Source: Scenedesmus sp. PABB004
Taxonomy: Eukaryota
DNA: 64,000 nucleotides
Direction of reading: 5' to 3'
Assembly (NCBI GenBank): GCA_014905635.1
Contig: JABVCE010000007.1
Span: 744,001-808,000, forward strand
Below are positions 45,593 through 57,865 of this stretch, one piece after another (within the stretch, counting starts at the first letter, position 1; each line of letters opens with the position of its first letter). The notes under the pieces are model-generated. The model was not told where the DNA came from. It saw only the letters and a program-made list of their open reading frames with translations, and made no database searches. The translations under genes and the position numbers were made by a program.

Positions 45593-47472
45593 ATGCGCCC
45601 CGCGTCGCCGCCGCCGCCGCGGGCAGGTGTCCGCCGCGTCGCGGCGGCGCTCGCTCACGCCCGTGCGAGCACTGGCGCTGGGCGGCTCGCCCTGGCCGCG
45701 CTGGCGCTGGTGCTGCTGTTGGTTGGCGTCGCCGAGCTGCGCAGCGGCCCGCAGCGGCGCCGCACGACCACGCTGCGCGCTGCCCTGTGGCGCCCGGGGC
45801 CGTCCCAGGAGCTGCAGCAGCTGCGCCGCCTCTACCTGCACACCGTGCGCCAGGCCCTCACCGGTGCGCCGCCCGCTGCTGCCTCGCGCCGCTGCTGGCG
45901 CGCGCCGCTGCTGCTGCCGCCGCCCGCGCGCATAGCGCGCCGGCCGCCGCCCCGCGCCCGCCGCGCCGGCAGGCGCCCTGCTGGAGACGCCGTCCCTGGT
46001 GCCGGGCGAGGGCGCCGAGGCGGTCCTGTCCAAGTGCCCGTTCGACGCCGCCGCGCGGGAGTCGGGCCTCGACTGGCCGCAGTGCGCAGCGCCGCGGCCG
46101 CCCGCGCCCCGCGCCACTGGCCGCTCGCGCCCCGCGTGGCCGCCCGCGTGGCCGCCGCCGGCGGGGGCACCCACCCGCCCGCCGCCGTGTCGGCGCCGCG
46201 CCCAGGTACGGCTACACCATGGTCGGCGCGCGCCGGCTGCACAACATCGAGGCGCTGCTGCTGCGGCTTGAGGCGCAGGGCGTGGAGGCACAGCGCGCGC
46301 GCGAGCTCGCGCGCGCGAGCGAGCGTGTCGCACGCGCGCGCGCGCGCGTGAGCCGCCCCGCGCCGCCCGCCTGCGGCGCCCCCGCAGGGCGACTTCGTGG
46401 AGTGCGGCGTCTGGCGCGGCGGCGCGAGCATCTTTGCAGCCGCGGTCATGTGCGCGCGCGGCATCGCCCGCCGTGTGGTGCTGGTCGACTCGTTCGAGGG
46501 CCTGCCGCCCAACACGACCGCGCAGGACAGGCGCGCGCGGCGCGCGGCGCGCGGCGCAGCGGCAACGGCGCCGCGGCGCGCGCGCGCCCCAGCCCGCCGC
46601 GCTGCGCCGCAGCCCGATGTGGTCGCGCATGGACTTCCTGCGAGTGAGCCAGGAGCAGGTGGCCGCCAACTTCCGGCGCTTCGGCCTGGAGGAGGAGCTG
46701 CAGGACGGCCGCGTGGCCTTTTACAAGGCGCGGCCGCCACCGCGCGCGCCGCCGCGCTTCCTTGAGCGGGGCGGCTGACCCCCTTGGGGAGGGGCCCGCG
46801 TGCTCCCCCCGCCGCCCCTCCCGGGCACGTGCCGCACCCCTCCCGCCGCTCCCTGACCCCCACCCCGCCGCCGCCGCCCCGGCCGCCGCAGGGCTACTTC
46901 AACGTGAGCGCAGCCGCGCTCGCGTCCGACCTGCGCGCGGCGCGGCGGCGCGTCGCGCTGCTGCGCCTCGACGGCGACATGCTGGAGAGCACCTACGACC
47001 TGCTGTTCAACCTCTTCGCCCTCGTGCCACCCGGCGGCGCGGTCGTGATCGACGACTGGAGGTGCGCACCACATGCGGCGGCCGCCGGCCGGCGCCGCGG
47101 GCGCGGCAGGCGCGGCGGCGGAGCTGAACCAACGGCGCGCGGCGCGAACGCCCCGCGCGCAGCATCCCGGCGTGCCGCGAGGCGGTCTTCAGCTTCGGGC
47201 GCCGCCACCCGGCCGCCAACATCACCGTGCAGGCGCGCCCGCACACGCGCCGCCCCGCGCCGTTTGGGGTCTGCCCAGCGTGTGTGCATGCGGGTGTGTC
47301 GAGCCGCGGTGCCGCGCAGCGAGCGCCTTGCGCTGCCTCGCAGGACATCGACGGCGTGGGCGCGTTCTTTATCAAGCAGGAGGACGTGCCGGTCGACGCC
47401 GGCTTTTACCGGCGGTTCAACTGCGAGCGCTTCGGCGACAGCGCAGACGGCCGCGCGGCGTACTGCGACTGA
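45593..47472 (+). CDS. TylF/MycF/NovP-family SAM-dependent sugar O-methyltransferase with N-terminal TM anchor, 8 exons
   Basis: [83 protein letters not shown]. Confidence 0.92.
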
Positions 47473-47904
47473 GGGCGCCCGCGACGGCACGGCCGCGCCC
47501 CGCGCACGGGCTCGGCCCGCCGCTCTGACCCGGCGCGCCGCGCTTCGCACGGAGCGTGCTTGCTGGGCGCGCCGCGGCGTGAGTGTGAGTTGTGGGTCGT
47601 GCCCCTGCAGCTGCGGGCACAGTGCAATCGCAGTTGTGACGGTCCGCCCGGCGTCCGCGCGCACCGTGCTGGGTGCGAGGGGCGGCGCGCGCAGCCAGCC
47701 TGGTCGCCGGGCGCGCGAGCCAGGCCCGCGCCGGTCACGGGGTGCCACCCCAGTCAATGGGCTCGCTACGCGCGCTGCGGGAAGCCCGGCGGCCGTCAGC
47801 GGGGTTTCGCTGCGCCGCCGCCGCTGCAGCGGCGCCGCGCGCGGCGCCCGGGCCAGACCGCGCTCGGGCCGCCGCCCCCGTGGGTCGCCCGGAGTGGGGC
47901 CAGG

Positions 47905-50900
47905 ATGCCGCGCATTGACGTGTGGGAGATAGACGACGCCGTGGGCGCGGCGCCGGCCGAGCTCGGCTTCCCGCGCGGCATCGAGTCGCTCTACGAGTTC
48001 GATCGACCCCTGGGCGAGGGAGGCTTCGGCAGCGTGCGCGTGGTGCTGCGGCGCAGCGACGGGCGCGAGTTTGCGTGCAAGAGCATCGCCAAGCGCCTGG
48101 ACGTGCCCAACCTGCCGCCCCTCAAGGCCGCGCAGCACCTGGACAACATCCAGCGCGAGGTAACCATCCTGAGGAAGCTGCGCGGCACGCTCAACGTGGT
48201 CCACCTGGAGGCGGTCTTCGAGGATGCGAGCCACGTCCACATCGTCATGGAGCTCTGCCGCGGCGGCGAGCTGTTCCACCGCATGGGCAAGCGCCACTAC
48301 AGCGAGGGCACGGTGCGCCCGGCGCGCGACCAGCGGCGGCGGCGGCGGCGGCGGCGGCGCGAGGTGGCGCGAGCAGCGACGACTGCTGCCGGCGCGCCGG
48401 CGCCGCCGCCGACGCCCGCGCGCCGCCGCCACCGCCCCCGCAGGTGGCCAGCTACATGCGCGCGGTGCTGCGCACGCTGGCGCAGTGCCACACGCACCGC
48501 ATCCTGCACCGGTGCGCGCGGCGCGGGCCAGGCGCCTGGCCAGCCCGCCAGTCGCGGCCCACCCCGGCGCTGCCGCCGCCGCCGCCGCCGCTGCCGGTTG
48601 GCTCCAGGGACATCAAGCCCGGCAACTTCATGCTGCTCACCGAGGCGGAGGACGCGCCGCTGAAGGCCATCGGTGCGCGGCGCGGCTGGCGGCGGAGGGC
48701 GCTCCGCCGCCCCAGCTCCGCGAGCCCCCGGCCTCGGCGCCGCCGAGCGCCGCAAATCGCCGCCGCTCTCGCTGCCGCAGATTTTGGGCTGGCGGTTTTT
48801 TACGACCCCGCGGAGCTGCCGCTGACAGACCTGGGGCTCGAGGGCACGCCCTGGTACATGGCGCCAGAGGTGCGGCGCCCGGCAGCGCTGCTGCAGGCGC
48901 GGTTGCAGCCCCGCCACGTGGCGCTCGCGCCCACAGCCGCGCCCGCCGCCGCGCCGCGGGGGCGCCAGGTGCTGGCGTCGGCGGCGGAGCCGGCGAGCGA
49001 CGTGTGGGCGGCGGGCGTGATGGCCTACCAGCTGCTCTCCGGCCGCTTCCCCTTTGACGACTGGCAGCACCCCTCCGCGCCCGCGCTCTCGCTGGTGCGG
49101 GCGGCGCGCCCGTCGCCGGCGGCGCGACTCCTGCCGCGCCGCGCCGCGCCGCCGCCCACGCGCCGCGCCGCGCACGCCGTCCAGGTGTGGCGCAGCATCA
49201 TCGGCGAGGAGCCGAGCTTCAGCCGCGGCGGTTGGGGAGACATCAGCGACGCCGCCAAGGACTTTTGCCGCCAGCTGCTCCACAAGTGCGCGCAGCGCCC
49301 GCGCCGCGCTGGGCCGCGCTGGGCCTCCTCGAGCGCGGCGCGTCACCGCCGCCGCGCGCCGCCGGCGCAGGGACCCGCGGCAGCGCCCCAGCGCGCGCGA
49401 GGCGCTGGAGCACCCCTGGGTGCGCAAGGGCAACGCGCGGCAGCGCGCGACGGGGCGGCAGCTCTCGCAGGTCGTGCAGCGCCTGCAGCGGCACACGCAG
49501 CAGAATGTGTTCAAGAAGACTGTCCTGGACATGATGGCAAACGAGCTGCTCAGCCGCCACCTCGCGCGCCTGCACGACGCCGACGCGGGCGGCGCGCGGG
49601 GCCAGCAGCAGGGGCAGCTGGCGCTGCCGGGGCAGCAGCAGGAGCGGCGGGAGCAGCAGCAGCAGCTGGAGCAGCAGGAGCAGGAACAGCAGCAGGAGCA
49701 GCTGGGCGAGCCCGGGTCGCCGCCGCCGGCGGCGGCTCTGGCGAGCCAGTCGTTCCCCGGGCACTCGCCGGAGCCCGTGCTCGAGCGGAGCGCCTCGGGC
49801 ACGCTGCGCCCGCCCGAGTTCCTGCGCAGCCTCTCGCTCGGCCCCGCGCCGCCGCCGGGGCTGGCGTCGCCGCTGCCGCACTATCTGGAGGGCAGCGTGC
49901 ACCGGCAGCAGCAGCTGCTGCGCCTCATCCCGCCGCCAAGCCGCCCCCGCGGCAGCCTCGACGACGCGCCGACGCTGCGCGCGCCGAGCGGCGGCCTGGA
50001 CAGCCCCGGCCGCGCCGGCGCGGCGCTGCCGGGCAGCGGCGACGCCGGCAGCCGCCTGCTCGCGGCCGCCGCGGCGCGGCTGGAGGGCAGCCTGCACGGC
50101 CCCGCAGCTGGCGCGGGGCGGCTGTCGGGCGAAGCGCGCGAGCTCGAGCGCGAGGGCAGCATGCGCCTCGGCGGCGCGCCGGGCAGCCTGCGCGGCGGCC
50201 TGAGCGCGCTCGAGGCGCTGCGCCGCGCGCGGCGAACGCAAGAGCTTCGCCGACGGCCTGGCCGGCCTCGGCGGCGGCGAGCCCGGCGGCGCGCCGCTGT
50301 CGCCGCCGCCCGGCGCCGGCGGCGCGGCGGCGGCGCCGCCATCCCCGGCCGCGCCGCCGCCCGGCGGCGCGGCCGCGGTGAGCGACGCGAGCTATCGCGG
50401 GCCCATCCGTGACCCCTCGTCTGCCAGCCTGTGGGATCTCCAGTTCATGGCCAACCGCCTGGCCATGGAGGGCTCGGCGCACGGCAACGCCTACGCCCAC
50501 AAGTGAGTGGCGCGGCGCGGCGCGCGCGCGGCGGGCGGCGGCGCGTGCGCGGCGGCGGCGCGGCAAGCACACTGCGGCGCGGCGCGGCGCGGCGCGGCAG
50601 CGCCCCCGCCCCGCCCGCCCGACCCCGCCGCGCGCCGCGCGCAGGCTGCTGCGCGCCGCAAGCACGCACGGGGGGCGCTCGCCGGCGGCGGCGGCGATGC
50701 TGCAGGCGGCGGCGACCGCGGCGGCGCAGCAGCAGTCGCCCGCGCCGGCGCCGGCGCCGGGCGCGGGCGGCGCCTCGCCGTTTGGCGCCGCCGCCGCGGC
50801 GGGCAGCCCCGCGAGCTTCAGCGAGGGCATGCTGGAGCACGACCTGCGCCTGGAGGGCACGTGGCACGGCCCGGGGTCGGCCTCGGGCGACGCCGCGGCG

Positions 50901-53695
50901 GGCGCGCTGCTCGCGCGCATCGCGGCGCTCGACAAGTCGTGGCACGGCCGCACGAGCCTCATGGACGCGCAGGCGGCGCGCGGCGGCAGCGCCAGCGGCG
51001 CCGGCGGCGACGCGCAGCGCGCCGAGTTCCTTCGCTTCCTCGAGGCCGCGCGCCGCGCGCGCCAGGAGCAGCGCAAGGTCGCGCGGCTCGTGCTCGAGGG
51101 CTCCAGCCGCGGCGGCGCCGCCTGGCCCTCCCAGGCGCCCGCGGCGGCGGCGGCGGCAGCGGCGGCGGCGCAGGCGGGGGTCAAGCGGCCGCACAGCGGC
51201 GCGACGCGCGGCGGCGACGCCGCGGCGCGCGACGGCGGCGGCGGCTCGGCGTCCGGCGGCAGCCTGGGCAGCACGCCGGGGCACAGCGGCCGCGGCGGCA
51301 GCGCCGCGGCGGCGGCGGGCGCGGCCGGCCCCGCCAGCGACGGCTCCGGCGGCGAGGGCTCCGGCCGCGGCGCGGCGCGGGGCCGCGGCATGCTGGGCCG
51401 GCTCAAGCAGGGCGTGCGGCAGCTGCTCGGCGGCGGCGCCGCCGCGGGCGCGCGCGACGCGGCCGGCAGCGGCGCGTACAGCGACGCCAGCATGGCAACG
51501 AGCGGCGCCGGCAGCGAGGCGGGCATGAGCCAGGCAGGGAGCGTGAACAAGCTCGCCCGCGACAGCCTGCTCCCGCCCGCGGACGGCGATGGCGGCGACG
51601 AGCCGCCCGCCGCCGCCGGCGGCTCGCGGCCCGCGACGCCGCCGCCCCTGCCGCCGACGGCCGCGGGCGGCGCGGCGGGCGCGGCCCCCAAGAGCGTGGC
51701 GTTTGCGGACCAGATTTTGGAGCAGCAGCCCCCGGGCTGGCAGGCGAGCATGGAGACCCGGCGGCGGGGCCAGGGCGCGTACGCGGCGCTGATGGCAGCG
51801 GCCACGCTGGGCGACGGCGACGGCGAGCCGGCGCCGGCGGAGGCGCCGGCAGAGCAGGCGTCTCAGGCGCCGGCGGCAGCCAAGCCAGCGGACGTCGCCG
51901 GCGGCCACGTCACCTCCGTCAAGCCGCTGTGGGCCAAACAGGCGCAGCAGGCGCAGCAGCAGGCGCAGCAGCAGGCGCAGCAGGCGCAGCAGGAGCAGCA
52001 GCAGCGGGCGGCGCAGCAGCCGCAGCAGGAACAGCCGCCGCAGCAGGCGGAGCTGCCCAAGCAGCAGCAGCAGGAGGCGGCGGCGCCAGTCGAGCAGCCG
52101 GTCGCGCCCAAGCCGCCGTCGCTGCTGCCGACGCCAGGCGGCGGCAGCTCGGGCCTGCTGCCCACGCCCGGCAGCGGGGGGCAGCGCCGCACAGCCCAGC
52201 AGGCAGCGGCCAAGCCCGGCGGCGGCCCTGCCGGCGCGGACGCCGCGCCGCAGCCGCAGCAGCGGCTGTGGCAGCAGCAGCATTCGCTGCTGCAGGCCCC
52301 GCTGTCGTCGCACGGCCGCGGGTTCCTGCTGCAGCCGTCCAGCGCTGGCCCGGCGCTGCCCCAGGTGCCGGAGGAGCCGGACCAGGCGCCCGCGCAGCAG
52401 CAGCAGCAGCAGCAGCAGGGCGACGGCATGCTGCCCATGCCGGGCGCAGCGGCGCCGCGGCAGCGGCAGTCGAGCGGCCTGCTGCCCCTGCCCGGCGGCG
52501 GCGGCTGGGCGGGCGCAGCAGCGCCCGGGCCGCGCCCGGGCGGCGCCACCGCCCAGCAAGCGGGGCTGGGCGCGCACGGCCCGACCCCGCAGCCCTGGCT
52601 GCCCAGCGGCAGCGCGGGCGGCGGCTCGGCCGCGCCGGCGCCGGCCGCGCGGGCCCCGGTGGCACCGGCGGCGCCGCCGGCGTCAGCGGCTGCCAGCGCG
52701 GTCGCCGCGCCGCCGCTGCCGCCGCCTGCGCGCCGCACCACCGCCGCGGCCGGCGGCCCCGGCCAGGGCGACGGCGGCGGCAGTCTCACGCTGCTGGACG
52801 ACGTGCAGCAGGTGCGGCGGGCGGGCGGGCGGGCGGGCGGGCGCGCCACGTGCCGCGCCGCCCGGCGCGCTCTCGCGGCGCTCGCGCGGCCGCGCGCCCG
52901 ACCGCACCGACCGCGCCGCGCAGGTGCTCGACGCGCTGGCGTACGACCAGCACGAGGCGCTGACCGTGGAGCAGCTGCAGGCGGGGCTCGCGGGGCTGGG
53001 GTACAGGCTCGAGCCAAGCGAGGTGCTCGAGCTCGCGCGCGGCCTCGGCTACGGCGTTGAGGGCGGGCAGGGCGTGCCGCTCGCCCAGTTTGCCGCGAGC
53101 CAGCTCGATTGGGAGGCGCTGCAGGCGCGGCGCCGCGCCGCGCGGCGCGGGCCCGCGCCGCCGCCGCTCGCGCTCGCGTCGCTGCCGTTGGAGCACCTTC
53201 ACGACGCCCCCGCCTCGCATGCGCGCGCAGGTGAATCACGTCGACGAGTGGCTCGCCTGCCTGCGCGCGACGTTCGAGGCGATGGACGCCGACGGCGACG
53301 GCCGGCTGCGCCCCGCCGAGATCCTCGGAGCGCTCAAGGCCAAGCTGCCCGAGGCGGAGGTGCGCCGCGCGCGCGCTTGCGCACGCCGCCGCCGCCGCGT
53401 GCTGCCGCTGCCGCGCGCCGCCACCGCGCCGCGCGCCACCGCGCCGCGTCGCTGCCCGCCGCAGGTCAACGCCGCGATCGAGGATGTGCTGCTTGAGGCG
53501 GCGGCCGACGAGGACGAGGGCCTCGACTTTGCGGCGTTCCAGATGCTCGCGTCGATGGGCGGCGGCGGCGGGCTGCCGCTCGACCAGTACGACGCGCGCC
53601 TGCCGCGCGGCGGCGGCGGCGACGCCTCGTCGGCCGGCGGCAGCCAGCGCAGCGGCGACGCCGCGCTCGGCGCGCTCGGCGGCGGCGGGCGGTGA
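47905..53695 (+). CDS. Calcium-dependent protein kinase (CDPK)-like, with a very long insertion before the EF-hand domain
   Basis: LGEGGFG, ACKSI, MELCRGGELF, HRDIKPGNF, DFG, GTPWYMAPE, DVWAAG. Junction VVQRLQRHTQQNVFKK. EF-hands FEAMDADGDGRLRPAEI and AAADEDEGLDFAAF. Exon structure near 50240-50440 is unresolved. Confidence 0.88.
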
Positions 53696-54043
53696 CGGCC
53701 GCGGCGGCGCGGCGGCGCGCGCGGGCGGCGAGCGGCGCGGTTGTGCGCCCGGCGGCGCAGGGCTTGCGCCGAGCAAGCGGCGTGTTCCCGACCTCCCCGC
53801 TCAGGACCACCGCGATCGTGCTGCGACAGCCTCCTAGCTGCCTCTCTCCGGCGCCGCGCAAGCCCGGGCAGCACGCCGCTGCTGCTGCTCGCCTCCCCGC
53901 GCCCTGGGGTCATGGCGCCTCGTCGTTCACGCTCGCAAAAAGCGCGCGGCTGCCTCCGCGTCGCGAAAACGGGGCACCGCTAGCCGGCGCCGACAGCCCC
54001 CGGTCGCCGCAGCAGCAGCGGCGGCGCGCCGGCGGCAGCAGCG

Positions 54044-57000
54044 ATGCCCAGCGTCCGCCCCGCCTACTCGCCGCGCACCAGCCACGCGGAGGCGGTGTAC
54101 GTGCACTCCCTGGCCAGCTGGTGGGGCCGGCGGCGCGTGCTCGCGCTGCTGCTGTTCGCGTCGGGCTGGGCCGCGTGCGTCGCGCTCGTCGTTCTGAAAG
54201 CACCGCTGCGGGCGGGCGGCGCCGCCGCGCCGCGCGCCCAGCCGGGCTGGCACCTGCCGCGCGGCGGCGGCGGGGCGGCCGCGGTGCCAGCGGCGGGGGG
54301 CGGCTATGCCGACGCGGCCGCGGCGGCGGCGGGCGCGGCCGCGGCGGCGCGCGCGTGCGAGCCGGCGGCCGCGGCGGCGGTGCCCGACCCCGGCGCGCTG
54401 CGCAAGATGTTTGCGGAGAAGTGGGGCCACGCGTGCGTCCCGCTCACGCAGGCCTGCTACGACGAGGGTGCGCCGCGCGGCGCGGCGCGGCGCGCAACGG
54501 CGGGCGCGCCGCCGCCGGCGGCGCCGCGCCCAGCCGCCGCCGCCGCCTCTGCCTCTGCCCGCGGCGCAGGGGCGTTTGTCGCGTACGGCGCGGCGCACCA
54601 CCCCGCCCTCGGCGGCACCTCGCCCGTCAAGGCCCTCAAGGTGCGCCGCCGCGCGCCGCCGCCGCGCCGACCCCCCCGCTCGCCGCCGCCTCGCCACCCA
54701 CCCACGCCGCCCCCGGCGGCCCCGCCTTGCCGCGCGCCGCGCGCCCCTGGTGACGTCGCGCCGCAGCTCGGCGGCGGCAGCCTGCTCGACTTCCGGGGCT
54801 TTGGTGACGTCATTGGCATCCAGCCCTTCCCTGACCCGGTCTTCCGCCCGGGCACGTGGGCCGGCGAGGAGGCGCCCGACCTGCGGGCGCCGGCCTTCTC
54901 AAACTGCTCTGCCCCGGTCGTGCTCTACCTGAGCCACCCCTACATGTTTGGCGACCTCGTGCTGCGCACGCTGCCCGTGCTCGCGGCGGCGGCGGCGGCG
55001 GGCGCGTGGGAGCGGCGCGCGAGCCTCGTGCTCGCGACCGGCGGGCAGCGCCTTGAGGCGTGGCACAAGCTGTCGCTGCAGCCCTTCACCGACCACCCGG
55101 TCGTCTCGCTCAGCGCCGCGTCGAGCCGCGCGCTCGCGGTCATGCCGCCGGCGGCGGCCGCCGCCGCCGCCGCGGCCGCCGCCGGCGCGCCGGCCGCGAG
55201 CGGCGGTCGCGCCTGGCGCCGCGGGCTCAAGCAGGGCGGCGGCACGATCGAGGAGGCGCTCGCGCTGCAGGAGCAGGCGCGAGCCGCAGAGTGGCAGCGC
55301 TGGAAGACGCGCTCCTACGAGGCGGCGCTGCAGGCCGGCCGGCCGGGCGCGGAGCAGGCGGCTGCCAGCGCGGCGTCGGCCGACGGCGCCGTGCTGCTGC
55401 CCGCGCAGCACGGCCCGGCGCAGGTGCAGTGGGAGGCGTGGCAGGAGCGCTGGCGGCAGTGGCGGCGCGAGCACGGGCACCGCGTGGAGCAGCCCGCAGC
55501 GGCGTCGGCAGCGACAGCGGCTGCGCCGGCGGCCGCCACAGCGACGGCGGCCCCGGCGCACGCGCACGCGCAGCGGCCGCCGGCGACCGCGCCCGCGGCG
55601 GCGCCGCCCGACGTCACCGCGCACGGGCGCTGCTTCCAGGCGCTCACGGTGTGCAACGTGCACGGCCCGCGCGCCTTCCCCGACGCTCCGCGCCCCGGCG
55701 TCTGGGCGGGCGTGCAGCACGTGAAGGACTACTGGGCGCAGCGGTACGGGCAGTACAAGCTGCTGCTGCCGGAGCACGCGGGCATGCGCGCCGAGCGCGC
55801 GCTGCGCGTGGTCTTTGCGGTGCGCGGCAACGCCGACGTGCGCCGGCTGCTCAACGTGCAGCAGCTGCTCGACTGGTGCAACGCGTGGCGCCCGGTCGAC
55901 GCCAACGGCACCGCCAGCGCGGCGCACGACCGCGTGGTGTGCGTCGCGCATGAGTTTGGGCGCCACGGCCGCGTGCACACGGCGCCGGCGGGCGGCGCCG
56001 CGCCGGCGGGCGCGGCCGCGGGCGTGGGCGCGGCTGCGGCAGCGCAGGCCGCGCCCGCGGCGGCGGCGGCGGCGGCCAGCAGCTGAGCCTGATGGAGCGG
56101 CTGCAGGAGTCGCTGGCGGAGGGCGTGGGCACCGCGATTGGCATCCTCTCTGGCCGCCACGGGCGCGCGCTGCTCGAGCCGCCCGCGCCCGCCGCCGCGC
56201 CCGCCGCCGGCCCGGCGGCGGCGCCGCGCAGCGCCGCCAGCGCGCACTGAGCGAGCGGCGGCGGCGACGGCGGCGGCGGCTGCAGCAGGCGGCCGCCGGC
56301 GGCGGCGGCGGCGCGGACCCGGAGCAGCTGCGGCCGGCGGACCTGCCGGTTGACCCGGAGCTCGACCCGCGCGCGCTGCTGTCGGACGCGGCGCTGATGG
56401 AGCACGCGGACGTCGTGGTCGGCGTGCACGGCGCGCAGCTGTACAACGCGTTGATGATGCCGGCGCACCACGCGCTGGTGGAGGTGCGGCCGCTCAAGTT
56501 CACAGGGGTGAGTGCGCGCACACGCCGCGCACGCGCCACGCACGCGCGCCGGGCGGCGGCCGCCGCAGGCCCGCCGCGCTCGCCCGCCCGCTCGCCCAGC
56601 CGCCTGCCCCCCGCGCGTGCCGCGCCGTGCCGCGTCGACGCGGCCACCGCGGCCGGTTCCGCAGGGCTGGCCCGCCACCTACTTCAAAGACCCGCTGCTC
56701 CACAGCGACGGCGGTGAAGGCATCTTCTGGTTTGGGATTGGTGAGCTTTTGGGGCTCAACGCTGCGGGAACTGACGACGACGGCGACGGGGGCGCCGCGT
56801 GCTGCGCCCGCGCAGGGGGCCGTGCGCGGAGGCCGCCCACGCGCCCGCGCCGCGCCACCACCCCCACCGCCGCGCAGACACGACCAAGCCCGAGAACTCG
56901 CAGCCTGGCAGGTGGGAGGCGAGCGGCAGGGGCTGCTGCTACGAGCGCGACCGCCACGTGCGCCTGGAGCCAGCGGCAGTCGAGCACGCGCTCAGGTGCG

Positions 57001-57770
57001 GCAGCAGCGCTGCGCGCGGGCCGCCCGCGGCGCGGCAGGGCTCAGGGGGCAGCCGCGCCGCTCCGGCGTGCGCCGACGCACGCGCACGCGCGCGCGCACC
57101 CGCGCCGCGCCGCGCCGCCAGGCGCATCGTGTGGGCGCGGCGCGACCTGGCGCGCTACATGGCGCTGGTGGGGGCGGGCGAGCACTACATCACTGACACG
57201 CTGCAGCCGGCCGAGGCGGCGGCGGAGCGCGCCGCGGCCGCGGCGCGGCGCGAGCGCGCCGCGACCGCCGCGGAGCTGCGCGCGCGCGTCGACCGGGACC
57301 GCGCGGGGCAGCAGGCGATATGGGAGGAGGCGGAGGAGGAGGAGGAGGGGCCGGCCGAGGCGGGGGCGGAGCAGCAGAAGCAGCAGAAGCAGCAGGGCGC
57401 CAAGGCCGAGCCGGTGGCCAAGGCGAAGGCCGCGGAGCCGGCGGCGGCCAAGGCCAAGCCGCTCAAGATGGAGACCGACGCGGCGCTGGACGCGTACTAC
57501 GACGAAGTGCACAGCAGCGTGCTCGGCGCCGCAGAGGCGCCCGCTGGCGAGGAGGGCGACGGCGCGGCCGGCGGCGGCGGGCAGCAGCCCGCCGCGAAGC
57601 AGGCGGCGGCGGCGGCGGCGAACGAGGAGGCGCCCGCGAAGCAGAAGTTCACGCGGGACGAGGCGCTGGACGCGTACTACGACGACGTCCACGCTGAGCT
57701 CACGGGCGGCACGGTCGGCGGCGCGGCCGGCGACAAGGGCCGAGCGCTGCGACGCGCGAGCGGCAAGTGA
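54044..57770 (+). CDS. Type II membrane glycosyltransferase, GT61-like
   Basis: TM VLALLLFASGWAACVALVVL; RVVFAVR..RRLLNVQQLL; ALMEHADVVVGVHGAQLYNALMMP..ALVEVRP (the GT61 GxHGAxLxN motif). Exon structure at 56050-56230 is unresolved. Confidence 0.8.
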
Positions 57771-57865
57771 TCCCTCCCTGTGACCGCCAGTCACCGCCAA
57801 GCGCTGCGCGCCGCCGGGGCGCGCGTGTCGCAGCGCGGCGCCGACCCCGCCCGCACACCGGCTGG

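Noticed and set aside
56084..56086. In-frame TGA in the GT61 gene as selenocysteine or readthrough
   Set aside because: The downstream GT61 motif is in a different frame, so splicing or an indel is required rather than readthrough.
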